Shown here piece by piece: positions 17,166-26,832 of a stretch of DNA of 42,487 nucleotides (position 1 is the stretch's first letter; each line of letters starts with the position of its first letter). A program made the position numbers and the translations under genes. Source of the stretch: Methanobacteriota archaeon (GTDB lineage: Archaea > Thermoplasmatota > Thermoplasmata > RBG-16-68-12). Below the pieces are notes generated by a model. It did not search any database and was not told the origin of the DNA. It worked only from the letters and a program-made list of their open reading frames with translations. Location: NCBI GenBank assembly GCA_005878985.1, contig VBMA01000079.1:1-42487 (forward strand). The letters run 5' to 3'.

Positions 17166-17648
17166 ATGGCGGTGCTCTCGGACGGCGACATCCGTCGCTA
17201 CCAGGCGAAAGGGGAGCTTCGGATCGAGCCGTTTGACGAGGCGAACCTCACACCGAACGGGTACGACGTAACGATCGAGGAAGTCCTCGTCCCGTCCTCG
17301 GACGTGCGGACGACCCGCGGGGTCGCCAACGTTCCGCCCCTGACCCGGTTTGCCGTGAGCACCCGCGAGTCGGTCAGCCTCGGCCGGCACGTGGCGGGCC
17401 AGCTCTGGCTCCGCACGACATGGGCGCGCCGGGGGGTTCTCGCGGCGTTCGGGATGATCGATGCGGGCTTCTCCGGAACCCTCACCTTCGGCGCGTTGAA
17501 CGGCGCCTCCGAGGTCCTCGACGTGCCGATCGGCGAACGGTTCGCCCAGATCGTCTTCCTGTCGTTGGAGTCGCCTTCATCCGAGACCTACGAGAAACGC
17601 TCGGGGACGTACCAGGGCCAGCGGGGCGTGACGCTCGAGCGACCGTGA
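17166..17648 (+). CDS. dCTP deaminase/dUTPase family protein (probably archaeal dUTPase)
   Basis: VLSD.DI, LTPNGYDV, LRTTWARRG, IDAGFSGTLT, GERFAQIVF and Y..RSGTYQGQRGVT. The catalytic Glu of dCTP deaminases appears to be absent. Confidence 0.88.
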   Translation: MAVLSDGDIRRYQAKGELRIEPFDEANLTPNGYDVTIEEVLVPSSDVRTTRGVANVPPLTRFAVSTRESVSLGRHVAGQLWLRTTWARRGVLAAFGMIDAGFSGTLTFGALNGASEVLDVPIGERFAQIVFLSLESPSSETYEKRSGTYQGQRGVTLERP

Positions 17649-18639
17649 CGTCGAACGCCACGTGGTGCTGCGTGGGAGAGTATGCGCGGACCGTGTGGAG
17701 CCGAAGATCCTTGACCTCCATGCCGGCATGTGCGGCGATGGCTCGGATGCGGTCCGCCGCGGCGCGCTCGTCCGCCCGCTTCAAGATTCGGTAGACATGG
17801 ACCACGCCGCGCGCCCCGAGAGCCTCGAACGCGTGGCCCAGGTGGTCGAACGCCGTGTGCGGCAGATCGAGGATGACGCGGTCGACGGGCCGGATCCGCT
17901 CCAGGATTTGGCGGGCATCGCCCTCGTGCGTCGCGACCCGGTCGATCCGGTTGGCCCCGACGTTCGCGCGGAGCAACCCGACTGCGGCAGGATTCACGTC
18001 GGAGGCGTGGACGGTCTTGGGCCGACGGCGTTTCGCGATCAGGATGGCGTACGGGCCTACCCCGGCGAATGGATCGGCGACGATTTCGCCTGCAAGGACC
18101 TGATCGGCAATCCGTTGGCGTTCCGAGGCGAGCCGAGGGCTGAAGTACGCGTGGGCCAGGTCGACCGCGTAGCGCAGGCCGTGTTCCGTGTGCACCGTCG
18201 TCGTGCGTCGTTCGCCCGCGATGACCTCGATCGATCGAACCCGGCGCTCCCCCCTCACCCCGTGGTCCTCCACGACGACCCGGAGCGTGGGATTCCACCG
18301 GAGGATCGCCCGTCCGATCTCCTCGCGATACCGCTTCAACTCGTTCGGGATCTTCAGGACGACGATATCTCCAATCACGTCGAACGAGCTGGGAAGCGAT
18401 CGGCGGAGCGGCGCCGGCACCTCAACGACGTCTTTGTAGCTCCGGACGGCCACGAATCCCTCGCCGAATTCCCGCTGTTCCGTTGGAAAGTCGAGATCCA
18501 CCCGTGTCGTCGTCGGGATGAACAGACGGTCTCCTTCCCGGACGATGCGGAGATGCTTGTGCAAGACGCCCAGATCCATGAGCCGGCGTCGGATTTCTTC
18601 CCCCCGCTCCGGCGGCACGACGATACACCACGCGCGCAC
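17482..18639 (-). CDS. trm5: tRNA methyltransferase, Trm5/Met-10+ family (class I SAM)
   Basis: SFDVIGDI, HTEHG, YFSPRLASER, DPFAGVGPYAI, DVNPAA and DRVILDLP. The natural fold ends near 17645, followed by an R-rich tail overlapping the dcd-like gene. Confidence 0.85.
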   Translation of the reverse strand: MRAWCIVVPPERGEEIRRRLMDLGVLHKHLRIVREGDRLFIPTTTRVDLDFPTEQREFGEGFVAVRSYKDVVEVPAPLRRSLPSSFDVIGDIVVLKIPNELKRYREEIGRAILRWNPTLRVVVEDHGVRGERRVRSIEVIAGERRTTTVHTEHGLRYAVDLAHAYFSPRLASERQRIADQVLAGEIVADPFAGVGPYAILIAKRRRPKTVHASDVNPAAVGLLRANVGANRIDRVATHEGDARQILERIRPVDRVILDLPHTAFDHLGHAFEALGARGVVHVYRILKRADERAAADRIRAIAAHAGMEVKDLRLHTVRAYSPTQHHVAFDVTVARASRPAGPGTSPSVSRRSRMKATPTTGRRSGRTVRRSARRGPRRRRSTRRR

Positions 18640-18660
18640 GGTCCGCGATTCCGCGGCACG

Positions 18661-18675
18661 CGGTTAAGGGTTTTC
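18661..18675 (-). promoter_or_regulatory. Putative BRE/TATA promoter of trm5 (divergent with dph5)
   Basis: Minus strand GAAAACCCTTAACCG, about 25 nt upstream of GTG 18639. Confidence 0.5.
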
Positions 18676-18716
18676 GGAGGAAAGGAAAATAGCCTTCCCG
18701 CTATCCTCGCGCTTCG

Positions 18717-19496
18717 ATGGGGGAGCTCGTCTTCATCGGACTCGGGTTGGACGACGAGAAAGGGATCACGCTCCGCGGACTTGACGAGGCCCGGTCGGCC
18801 GATGTCGTGTTCGCCGAGCTGTACACGTCGGCCCTGCCCGGCGCATCGCTCGAAGCCGTGGAGAAACTCATCGACCGCAAGATCCGGCGGCTGACCCGCC
18901 AAGAGGTGGAGGACGGCCAGGTCCTCCTCGCCGCAGCCGCGAAGGGCTTGGTTGCGTTCCTCGTCCCGGGCGATCCAATGACGGCCACGACCCACGTCGA
19001 TCTCCGCTTGCGGGCCGCGGCCTCCAAGATTCGCACGCGCATCGTCCACGGAGTCTCGATTCTCACGGCGGCCGCGGGGGCGTTAGGCCTCCAGGCATAC
19101 AAGTTCGGTCGCACGACGACGGTCCCGTTCCCTTCGGCGGGATTCGCGCCCACGAGTCCCCTCGAGTCGATCCTCGCGAATCGGACCGCGGGGCTCCATA
19201 CGCTCGTCCTCATGGACCTCCGGGAGGACGGGACCTTCCTGGCACCACGGGATGCGATCGCCTCGCTCCTGCGGATGGCCTCCGCCATCGGGACGACCGA
19301 GTTCGGCCCGCACACCCTTGCCTGCGTCCTGAGCCGAGTCGGATCACCCGACGTGCGCGCGCTCGCGGGACTCATTGCCGAACTCGCGGACCGCGACCTC
19401 GGGCCGCCGCCCCATTGTCTCGTGATTCCGGGGACGCTTCACTTCCTCGAGAGAGAAGCGCTGGTGGCGTTCGCGGGCGCGCCTCACGGCCTCTGA
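18717..19496 (+). CDS. dph5: Diphthine synthase
   Basis: LVFIGLGL.DEKGITLRG, ELYTS, GDPMTATTH, GLQAYKFGRTTT, GLHTLVLMD and GPPPHCLVIPG.LHF.E. Confidence 0.96.
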   Translation: MGELVFIGLGLDDEKGITLRGLDEARSADVVFAELYTSALPGASLEAVEKLIDRKIRRLTRQEVEDGQVLLAAAAKGLVAFLVPGDPMTATTHVDLRLRAAASKIRTRIVHGVSILTAAAGALGLQAYKFGRTTTVPFPSAGFAPTSPLESILANRTAGLHTLVLMDLREDGTFLAPRDAIASLLRMASAIGTTEFGPHTLACVLSRVGSPDVRALAGLIAELADRDLGPPPHCLVIPGTLHFLEREALVAFAGAPHGL

Positions 19497-20239
19497 CTCG
19501 TCGCGATCTCTAGCAGCCTTTCCGAGCGCCAGAACGTGACTTCGAGGGTGTACGACCATTGGATTTCCTTCCCCCGCCACTTGGCCCGGAGGGGCTCCAT
19601 TGCCTTGCGGTGAATCTCGTCCGGGACATCCCATTGCGACGAATAGGTCCGCCGGTCGAGTTCGTCCAGGGTGGCGTCCGCGAGGAGGGTCTCGCGGAAC
19701 GGCCCGACCGGCATGATGAAGTCCGGCTTGAGGAGTCCGGGCAAGTCCTTCTCGTGGAGCCCCGGATGGGACCAAACGTAGCCGGCTCCCTTCACGAGCG
19801 CGTCGTATTCCCGTTTGAGCGTATCGATCCGATCCGAGCGCTCGATGACCGTGAAGTACGTTTCCCGCGTGACCCGCGCGATTTCCATCAGCACGTCCCG
19901 CCAATCCGAAATCAGGTGGAGGACATGATTCGTTGTCGCGACGTCGAACGATTTCGAGCGGAACGGAAGGCGGGCGGCGTCCGCAAAGACGACATCTCGC
20001 AACCCTTTTGCGAGGCCGATCTCAACCATCTTCCTGGAGATGTCCACCCCGATCACGCGGATTCCGCTCTTCTGGAGAGGCACCGCGTACCGGCCCGTGC
20101 CAACCCCGATCTCGAGGACCCGTTTGCCATGGAGTTCATCCACTAGCGCCGCGAGGACCCGCGCCATCGCCCGGGGTGCGAGGCTGCGCGTTTCGTCGTA
20201 GATCGCCGCGACCCGATCGAAGGACAGGCGGCCCGGCAT
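19484..20239 (-). CDS. Class I SAM-dependent methyltransferase
   Basis: SFDRVAAIYD, VLEIGVGTG, GVDISRKM and ADAARLPF...FD. Confidence 0.9.
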   Translation of the reverse strand: MPGRLSFDRVAAIYDETRSLAPRAMARVLAALVDELHGKRVLEIGVGTGRYAVPLQKSGIRVIGVDISRKMVEIGLAKGLRDVVFADAARLPFRSKSFDVATTNHVLHLISDWRDVLMEIARVTRETYFTVIERSDRIDTLKREYDALVKGAGYVWSHPGLHEKDLPGLLKPDFIMPVGPFRETLLADATLDELDRRTYSSQWDVPDEIHRKAMEPLRAKWRGKEIQWSYTLEVTFWRSERLLEIATSQRP

Positions 20240-20305
20240 CGCGCCTTGGATGGCGAGTCGGTGGAAAAATCTGCCTCGCGTCGACGGTCACGAATTGGCT
20301 GGCTG

Positions 20306-20995
20306 CTACCGGAGTGGGTAGAGCGTCCAACCCACGATGACGCTCCAGATGAACAGCAAGACGACACCGGCGAGGTTGAACAGTCCGGAGAGCGGGGAAC
20401 CGAGGACGAACGTCGGAATGAAGAGCAGCGCCACGATCCCACCGACAATGCCGACGTACGCGGCGGTCCGTCGGAACGGCGTCTCGCGTAACATCGCGTA
20501 GCTCACGAGGATGACCGCGGAGAAGTGGACGAACGTCGCAATGAGCACCGTGATGTTCGCCAGGTCCATGGCCAACTGAGCCGTCGCGACGTACGCGCCC
20601 TGCGCCGCCGGATTTGCGGCGGCGTACGCATTGCTCAGACCAATCAGCGACAATCGGACCGGAATGTCGACCGCGACGTCGATTGTCACGAACAACGAAT
20701 TGAAGATGATGGCGACCAGCGCCGCCATTCGATGGTTCGGCCTCAGGACACCATAGAGTGCCGCGAACGGAATCAGGTTGAGCAGGCCACTGACGAGGTA
20801 GAGGCCCCACGTCGTCCCGTACAGGACACTCTGGGAGTGGATGCTCTCCAGACCGGCCCGGACGCTGGTCGGGGCGAGGCTCGGGATGATCATCGGGATG
20901 ATCGGCAGGGTGACCAGGACCAGGATGCCCGCGACGATCAGCGCGATGCCGCCCGCGCGGTCGAGTCCGCCCCATCCTCGATCCTCGGTCTCCAT
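20306..20995 (-). CDS. Multi-pass membrane protein (DUF4386-like)
   Basis: About 6 hydrophobic helices; DRAGG.A N-terminus and LS..YAAA loop. Confidence 0.65.
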   Translation of the reverse strand: METEDRGWGGLDRAGGIALIVAGILVLVTLPIIPMIIPSLAPTSVRAGLESIHSQSVLYGTTWGLYLVSGLLNLIPFAALYGVLRPNHRMAALVAIIFNSLFVTIDVAVDIPVRLSLIGLSNAYAAANPAAQGAYVATAQLAMDLANITVLIATFVHFSAVILVSYAMLRETPFRRTAAYVGIVGGIVALLFIPTFVLGSPLSGLFNLAGVVLLFIWSVIVGWTLYPLR

Positions 20996-21061
20996 GTGGC
21001 GACGGCATGTTGAATCGGCCAGATGAGCGCCACGTGAAAGAAAGTATAGTGAACGGTCCGG

Positions 21062-21499
21062 CTAGTCGGGTGCGCCCGTGATCCAAGGGTGGTTTCCGCC
21101 GTTCTCCGGGTAGATCTCGGCGAGCGTGCGGGGCCGCTCGTCCTCGAAGATTCGTTCCGGGAACCACCGGGATCCGAACGCGACGAGGCGCATCAACACG
21201 GGCATGATGTCCTCTCCCTTCTTCGTGAGCGCCCATCGGACCAGTTTGGGGGAGTTGTGTGTCTCGACCCGGTGGATCATGTCGGCGTCCTCGAGCTCAC
21301 TCAACCGAAGGGCGAGCATGCGGGGCGTGAGGCCCGGGATCGTCCGAAGGAGGGCGTTGAACCGGTCCGCCCGTTTCCAACCGATGTCTCGGATGATGAG
21401 CAGGCTCCACTTCCGACCGAGGACCCCGAGGCTCGTGGCGATCGGGCAGTTCTTGAACGGAACGATGGGCACGGGTGGCTCGACCGGAGTGCTTCCCAT
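21062..21499 (-). CDS. HxlR/DUF24 family winged-helix transcriptional regulator
   Basis: CPIATSLGVLGRKWSLLIIR, RFNALLRTIPGLTPRML..RL.EL and V.WALTKKG. ATG at 21499 with TATA-like CTTTTAAG about 40 nt upstream. Confidence 0.92.
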   Translation of the reverse strand: MGSTPVEPPVPIVPFKNCPIATSLGVLGRKWSLLIIRDIGWKRADRFNALLRTIPGLTPRMLALRLSELEDADMIHRVETHNSPKLVRWALTKKGEDIMPVLMRLVAFGSRWFPERIFEDERPRTLAEIYPENGGNHPWITGAPD

Positions 21500-21670
21500 G
21501 GCGATCCCTGGATCGTTGAGAGGATGGGACTCCGCGCCCTTAAAAGAAGACGGTCGAACGGTCGGTGACTCGACGCGGTCCACGCCGGCACCGCGGCAAT
21601 GGTCCCACAATTCGCTCGTCTCGCAGGAAAACGATAGTTTCACCCATCTCCCCGTGTTACCGCCTTAAGT

Positions 21671-22651
21671 ATGGCCAAGGATGAGGGGAAGAGAGGTGAA
21701 AAGGTGGCTGTCACAGTGAAAGCCATCGAGGAGCTTCCCGGGGTCGGTCCCGCGACCGCGGAGAAGCTGAAAGAGGCCGGATTCACGGATCTCATGGGGC
21801 TGGCGGTGGCCTCGCCCACGATGGTCGCGGATGCCGCCGAGATCGGCACGAACGTGGCCCAGAAGATCATCATCGCGGCCCGCGAGGCGGTCGACATTGG
21901 CGGCTTTGAGACCGGGGATGTGATCCTCGAGCGTCGCAAGTCTGTCGCGAAGCTCACGACCTGTTCGAAGGCCCTGGATGAACTGTTGGGCGGCGGTCTC
22001 GAGACGCAGGCGATCACCGAGGCGTATGGTGAATTTGGTGCGGGAAAGAGCCAAATTGGCCATCAGCTCGCGGTCAACGTGACGCGGCCAGAGGATGATG
22101 GCGGCATGAACGGGGATGTCGTGTGGATCGACACGGAGCAGACCTTCCGACCCGAGCGAATCCGGCAGATGGCGGATGCGTTGGACCTAGATGCGGACGC
22201 GATCCTCAAGCGGATCCACGTGGCTCGCGCGTTCAACAGCCATCACCAGATGCTGCTCGTCGAGAAGGCGCAGGAGCTCACGCAAGACTTCCCGATCCGG
22301 CTCATCGTGATCGATTCCCTGACGGCCCATTTCCGAGCGGAGTACATCGGCCGAGGCGTGCTCGCCGAGAGGCAGCAGCTCCTGAACAAGCACATCCACG
22401 AGCTGATGCGGTTCGGGGACATCCACAACGCCGTAATCTACGTGACGAATCAGGTCCACGCGAAGCCCGATGCGTTCTTTGGGGATCCGACCCGGCCCGT
22501 GGGCGGGCACATTGTCGGCCACAGCGCCACGTTCCGGGTCTATCTGCGCAAGTCGAAGGGCGGCAAGCGGATTGCCCGACTGATCGACTCCCCGAACCTG
22601 CCCGAGGCCGAGGCGGTCTTCAGCGTCTCCGAGGACGGAATCCGCGACTGA
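21671..22651 (+). CDS. radA: DNA repair and recombination protein RadA
   Basis: N-terminal Hh[21 protein letters not shown], Walker [31 protein letters not shown] and GGHIVGH. An alternative start is GTG 21704, after SD GAGGTGA. Confidence 0.98.
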   Translation: MAKDEGKRGEKVAVTVKAIEELPGVGPATAEKLKEAGFTDLMGLAVASPTMVADAAEIGTNVAQKIIIAAREAVDIGGFETGDVILERRKSVAKLTTCSKALDELLGGGLETQAITEAYGEFGAGKSQIGHQLAVNVTRPEDDGGMNGDVVWIDTEQTFRPERIRQMADALDLDADAILKRIHVARAFNSHHQMLLVEKAQELTQDFPIRLIVIDSLTAHFRAEYIGRGVLAERQQLLNKHIHELMRFGDIHNAVIYVTNQVHAKPDAFFGDPTRPVGGHIVGHSATFRVYLRKSKGGKRIARLIDSPNLPEAEAVFSVSEDGIRD

Positions 22652-22726
22652 CCGTGCTCTTTCGTTCCGTGACAAATCGTGTCGGGACAGTTTGAAGTAG
22701 CCTCCCACCCATCGTTGACCGGTTCC

Positions 22727-23812
22727 ATGGAACCGGGGCTTCTGTTAATCCCGGGACCCGTCCCGCTCCCTCCTCGCGTGCTCGAAGAACTCTCCAAGCC
22801 CGCGATGCCTCACTACGGCGATGCATGGGTGAAAGCCCACGGCGAGGCGCGGGAGATGCTGCGGTATCTCTGGTCGTCCGGCGATGGCCATGTGCTGCCC
22901 ATCGCAGGTCCGGGCCACGCGGGCCTCGAGGCGATCGCGTACACGTTCTTGCGCCCCGGCGACCGGGTGGTCGTTGTGTCCAACGGATTCTTTGGAGAAC
23001 GAACGCGGGAGGTCCTCCAAACCCATCGCGTGAAGGCGGACGTCGTCTCCTCAGACTGGGGAGCCGGCCCCGACATCCCGGCCTTGCGAGAGGCGCTCAA
23101 GACGCCGACGAAGGCCGTCGCGGTGGTTCACAACGAGACGTCGACCGGCATCACGAACCCCCTCGAACCGATCGTCGAGGCCGCGCACGCGGTGGATGCG
23201 GCGGTCATCGTCGACGCAGTCTCCTCCTTGGGCGGCCTCCCGCTCCCGTTCGCCAAACTCGGGATTGAGGCGGCGTTCAGTGCGTCCCAAAAATGCATCG
23301 CGGCGCCCGCGGGCATCGCGCCGGTCGCGGTCGCACGCTCGCTATGGGAGTCCACGGATTCGAAGACCGTCGAGGGTTGGTACCTCAACCTGTACACCTG
23401 GGACCGATACGAGCGGGAATGGGGAGATTGGCATCCCACGCCGACGACGATTTCCTCGAACCTGTTCTACGCGTTCCATCGGGCGCTCCTCCTCCTGAAG
23501 GAAGAAGGGCTCGAAGCCCGCATCGCCCGCCACGCGAAGGTCGCCGCCCGGCTGCGCGACGGGCTGGGCGAACTCGGTTTTTCGCCCCTCGGAGCCGCGA
23601 ACCTCTTGTCGAATACGGTCACGTGCTTCGCCCCTCCGGCCGGCGTGGACGCGAACCGGCTGGTCCGGCGGCTCCGGGACGAGCACAATATCTACATCTC
23701 CGGCGGCCTCGGACCATTGCGAGGCAAGACGATCCGGATCGGGACGATGGGAACCCAGGCCGATCCGGAGATCATCGACTGGCTCCTGAAGGCGATCCGC
23801 GCGAGTCTCTGA
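22727..23812 (+). CDS. Class V PLP aminotransferase (alanine--glyoxylate/serine--pyruvate type)
   Basis: LLIPGP, VHNETSTG, VDAVSSLGG, SASQK (PLP lysine) and IRIGTMG. Confidence 0.92.
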   Translation: MEPGLLLIPGPVPLPPRVLEELSKPAMPHYGDAWVKAHGEAREMLRYLWSSGDGHVLPIAGPGHAGLEAIAYTFLRPGDRVVVVSNGFFGERTREVLQTHRVKADVVSSDWGAGPDIPALREALKTPTKAVAVVHNETSTGITNPLEPIVEAAHAVDAAVIVDAVSSLGGLPLPFAKLGIEAAFSASQKCIAAPAGIAPVAVARSLWESTDSKTVEGWYLNLYTWDRYEREWGDWHPTPTTISSNLFYAFHRALLLLKEEGLEARIARHAKVAARLRDGLGELGFSPLGAANLLSNTVTCFAPPAGVDANRLVRRLRDEHNIYISGGLGPLRGKTIRIGTMGTQADPEIIDWLLKAIRASL

Positions 23813-23814
23813 GG

Positions 23815-25614
23815 TCAGCGGTCCGGCAGATACTGCCTAAGCCATTGGAGCGCGCGCTCGTTCAGCCGGATCTGGTTCGACGTCTTGCGGGGCCAGTGGC
23901 CTTCGTCGGCGAATTCGAGGTAGTCGACGACCTTCCCCATCTTCCGCATCTCGTCGACCATCGCGCGCGCCTCCGTGACGGGGCACCGTGGGTCGTGCGC
24001 CCCGCCCGTGAAGAGGACGGGCGCCCGGATCTCCTCGAGGAAGTAAATCGGCGAGAACTTGCGGTACAGGTCGGCGTCCACCGCGGGGTCTCCCATCTTC
24101 TGTCGGTCGTACCGTCGCAGGTAGCCGCGCTCGTTCGTCGTTGCGGTGAGCCAGTTGAAGTACCCGACGATGCTCACGCCGACCGCCCACAGCTCGGGTG
24201 CCTTCTCCAGGACATGCGCCACGGCGTACCCGCCGTAGCTCACGCCGATGGCTCCGAGTCGGTCGGCGGGGACGTGACCTCGCTGAATCAGCCATCGACC
24301 GCCCGCGATGATGTCCTGGATGTCCCCGCCTCCCAGGTCGCGGTCGCTCAGGCGGCGCCAGGCGCGCCCGCTCCCGGTCCCGCCGCGGTAGTTCGGCGCG
24401 AGGATCGTGAAGCCCTCCGCGACCAAGAACTGGAACCGCGCGTCCCATTCGTTCAGCGTCTGCGACTCCGGGCCTCCGTGCGGGTCCACCACAGCCGCGT
24501 TTCGGCGGCGTTCCTTTCGAGGCACAAAGAGCCATGCGGGGATCTGTCGGCCATCGACGCTCGGGTATCGGACGAGCTTTCCATCGGCGAGTTCGCCCTT
24601 CGGCAGCGGCTCGCGAAGGCTGTTGACCAAAGGGGTGGACCGCTCTCCCTTTCGGAGCATGAGCCGCTCTGGCTGCGTGAACGTGGAATGGTGGTAGAAC
24701 AGGCCCTTGGCATCCGGGGACCACAAGGCCCGGGTCGCCGATCCCTTCGCGGGAGAGATCGCGCGGGAGCCCTTGCCGTCTCGGGAAACGACCTTCAGCT
24801 GGACGTTCCCGTCGTGATTCTCGAGGAACGCGATCCGCTTTCCGTCCGGCGCCCAGAGGGGCATCGTCTTGTCCCAGCGATTCGTGACGATGAAGCGGAC
24901 GCGCTTCGTCTTGACATCGAGCACCCCGATGTCCAGGTGATCGTGGACGTTCGAGACGAACGCCAGCTCCCGACCGTTCGGGGACCAGGGCTCCGGTCGG
25001 CCGAGGTCGCCTCCGATCGCATTCTCCGAGTCGGGGAACGCGACCACCTTCTCGAGGTGGCCCGCAAGGTCCACGAGGCCGACGTAGTCCAGGAATCCAA
25101 CGCCCGCCGAGAACGCAATGCTTCGGCCGTCGGGACGCCACGCAATCTCGCCGACGATGTCATCCACGTTCGTGAGTTGCTTCGGGTCGCCGCCGGTCGT
25201 GTCCACCACGAACACGTTGTCTCGGTCGCCGTCTCGGTTCGACAGGAACGCGATCTTGGTGCCGTCGGGCGACCACCGCGGGAAGGCGCTGTCGAACGGC
25301 GTGGCCGTGATCTTCTGGACGTGCGCGCCCTTCACGGGCACGAGGTAGATGTTGTAGTTCTCGTCGCCCTCGAAGTCCGACTGGACCGCGATCCACCGGC
25401 CGTCCGGAGAAAACTCCGGATTCAGGACGGACTGCTCGGATTGCAGGAGGATCCGATCCTTCTTCGTCCGAAGGTCCAGGAGGTAGACGGACCACTGGTC
25501 TCCCTTGTTCGCGGCGAAGGCGAGCAACCGGCCGTCGGGGGACACGTCGAAGTTCCCGAGCTGCCAGATCCGCTTGAGGAAGCGCCGCGGGGTGAACGTG
25601 ACCTTCCGTGCCAT
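23815..25614 (-). CDS. S9 family peptidase (acylaminoacyl/dipeptidyl peptidase) with WD40-like/TolB propeller
   Basis: Repeated WSPDG propeller blades, HGGP, NYRGGTG, nucleophile GVSYGG, HDPRCP and DEGH. Confidence 0.93.
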   Translation of the reverse strand: MARKVTFTPRRFLKRIWQLGNFDVSPDGRLLAFAANKGDQWSVYLLDLRTKKDRILLQSEQSVLNPEFSPDGRWIAVQSDFEGDENYNIYLVPVKGAHVQKITATPFDSAFPRWSPDGTKIAFLSNRDGDRDNVFVVDTTGGDPKQLTNVDDIVGEIAWRPDGRSIAFSAGVGFLDYVGLVDLAGHLEKVVAFPDSENAIGGDLGRPEPWSPNGRELAFVSNVHDHLDIGVLDVKTKRVRFIVTNRWDKTMPLWAPDGKRIAFLENHDGNVQLKVVSRDGKGSRAISPAKGSATRALWSPDAKGLFYHHSTFTQPERLMLRKGERSTPLVNSLREPLPKGELADGKLVRYPSVDGRQIPAWLFVPRKERRRNAAVVDPHGGPESQTLNEWDARFQFLVAEGFTILAPNYRGGTGSGRAWRRLSDRDLGGGDIQDIIAGGRWLIQRGHVPADRLGAIGVSYGGYAVAHVLEKAPELWAVGVSIVGYFNWLTATTNERGYLRRYDRQKMGDPAVDADLYRKFSPIYFLEEIRAPVLFTGGAHDPRCPVTEARAMVDEMRKMGKVVDYLEFADEGHWPRKTSNQIRLNERALQWLRQYLPDR

Positions 25615-25683
25615 GGCGCACCGAGTCGTCCGAGGAACGAGACCTGGGATAAAGCCATCTCGTTCGGAGACCTGACCGGGGTC

Positions 25684-26169
25684 ATGACCCTCAACGTTGC
25701 GACGCTCCCGATCACGGTCGGCGCGGGCGCCTTCCTGGTCCGCGACGGGAAGCTCCTCGTGGTCCGCAAGACGTATGGCCCGTCGAAAGGCCTCTGGACG
25801 ATCCCGTCGGGATACGTCGAGCCGCGCGAGTCGGTGGTCCAGACCATCGAGCGCGAGGTGAAGGAGGAAACGGGCATCGCGGGCCATGCCGGGCCGATCC
25901 TCGCCATCCGAAATCGCGTGACCGAGGCGGCGAACGATACGTTCCTCATCTTCGCCATGGCCTACGTGGGCGGAGAGCCGCGACCGGATCGCGAGGAAGT
26001 GAGCGAGGCCGCATTCCGTCCCCTTGCCGAACTGAAGACCTCCGACACATCGGCCCCCTTCACGCGGGCGATCATTCCCAAGCTCGACCGGCGTGCCGGC
26101 TTGTCGTTGGATCCGTACGCGCCATCCGCGGACCTGGCGCACCCGATCGCATACCTCTTGTATCTCTGA
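25684..26169 (+). CDS. NUDIX hydrolase
   Basis: Nudix box GYVEPRESVVQTIEREVKEETG. The real gene is only the last 161 aa of the track's 958-aa ORF. Confidence 0.9.
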   Translation: MTLNVATLPITVGAGAFLVRDGKLLVVRKTYGPSKGLWTIPSGYVEPRESVVQTIEREVKEETGIAGHAGPILAIRNRVTEAANDTFLIFAMAYVGGEPRPDREEVSEAAFRPLAELKTSDTSAPFTRAIIPKLDRRAGLSLDPYAPSADLAHPIAYLLYL

Positions 26170-26208
26170 TGCCGGAAACCTTTAGTCGGCCTGTCGTTTT
26201 GCAGCAGC

Positions 26209-26829
26209 GTGGTCGAGACGATCGTGGCGCAGTCTTTGGGCACGAAGTATGTCCTGGACGCGGCCGCGTTGGGCCGGATTCGCGACATCCTCGGCTCCGG
26301 CGGGCTGGTCGTTCATCCGACCGACACGGTGTATGGCCTCGCCGCGGATCCTTTCCAAGTCGCCGCGGTCGAAAAGGTGTACGCGGCCAAGGCGCGCCCG
26401 CGGGATCTGGCCGTCTCGATGTCGGTCGCCGACGTGGAGAGCATCTTCCGGTTCGGGGAGCGGACCCCCATCGCCGAGGCGTTCTGCGCCAAGAACCTCC
26501 CAGGGCCGTACACGGTCGTCCTGCGTGCGACGCCGGAGGCCCCAAAGGCCATCGTCTCAAAGGACGGCCGTCTCGGACTTCGCGTCCCTGCGCATCCCAT
26601 TCCCCGCCTCCTCGCGAAGGCGTTCGGTCCGGTGACCTCCACGAGCGCGAACCGCCACGGCCAGGGATCGCCGAGCACGTGTCAGGAAGCGCAAGAACAA
26701 CTCGGGGACCGCGTCGATCTCTACGTGGACGGAGGACCCACGCCGCTCGGTGGAGAATCGACGGTCGTGGACCTGTCCGGTCGTCGGGCGAGGATCCTTC
26801 GGGAAGGTCCGATTCGGCACGGAGGGTGA
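26209..26829 (+). CDS. tsaC: L-threonylcarbamoyladenylate synthase (Sua5/TsaC/YrdC, single domain)
   Basis: HPTDTVYGL, K.R, PGPYTVVL, TSTSAN and STVVD. Confidence 0.93.
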   Translation: MVETIVAQSLGTKYVLDAAALGRIRDILGSGGLVVHPTDTVYGLAADPFQVAAVEKVYAAKARPRDLAVSMSVADVESIFRFGERTPIAEAFCAKNLPGPYTVVLRATPEAPKAIVSKDGRLGLRVPAHPIPRLLAKAFGPVTSTSANRHGQGSPSTCQEAQEQLGDRVDLYVDGGPTPLGGESTVVDLSGRRARILREGPIRHGG

Positions 26830-26832
26830 GGA

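Noticed and set aside
23293-25683. 958-aa plus-strand ORF (23293-26169)
   Set aside because: It is the antisense shadow of the S9 peptidase and overlaps the aminotransferase. Only the last 161 aa (NUDIX) are a real gene.
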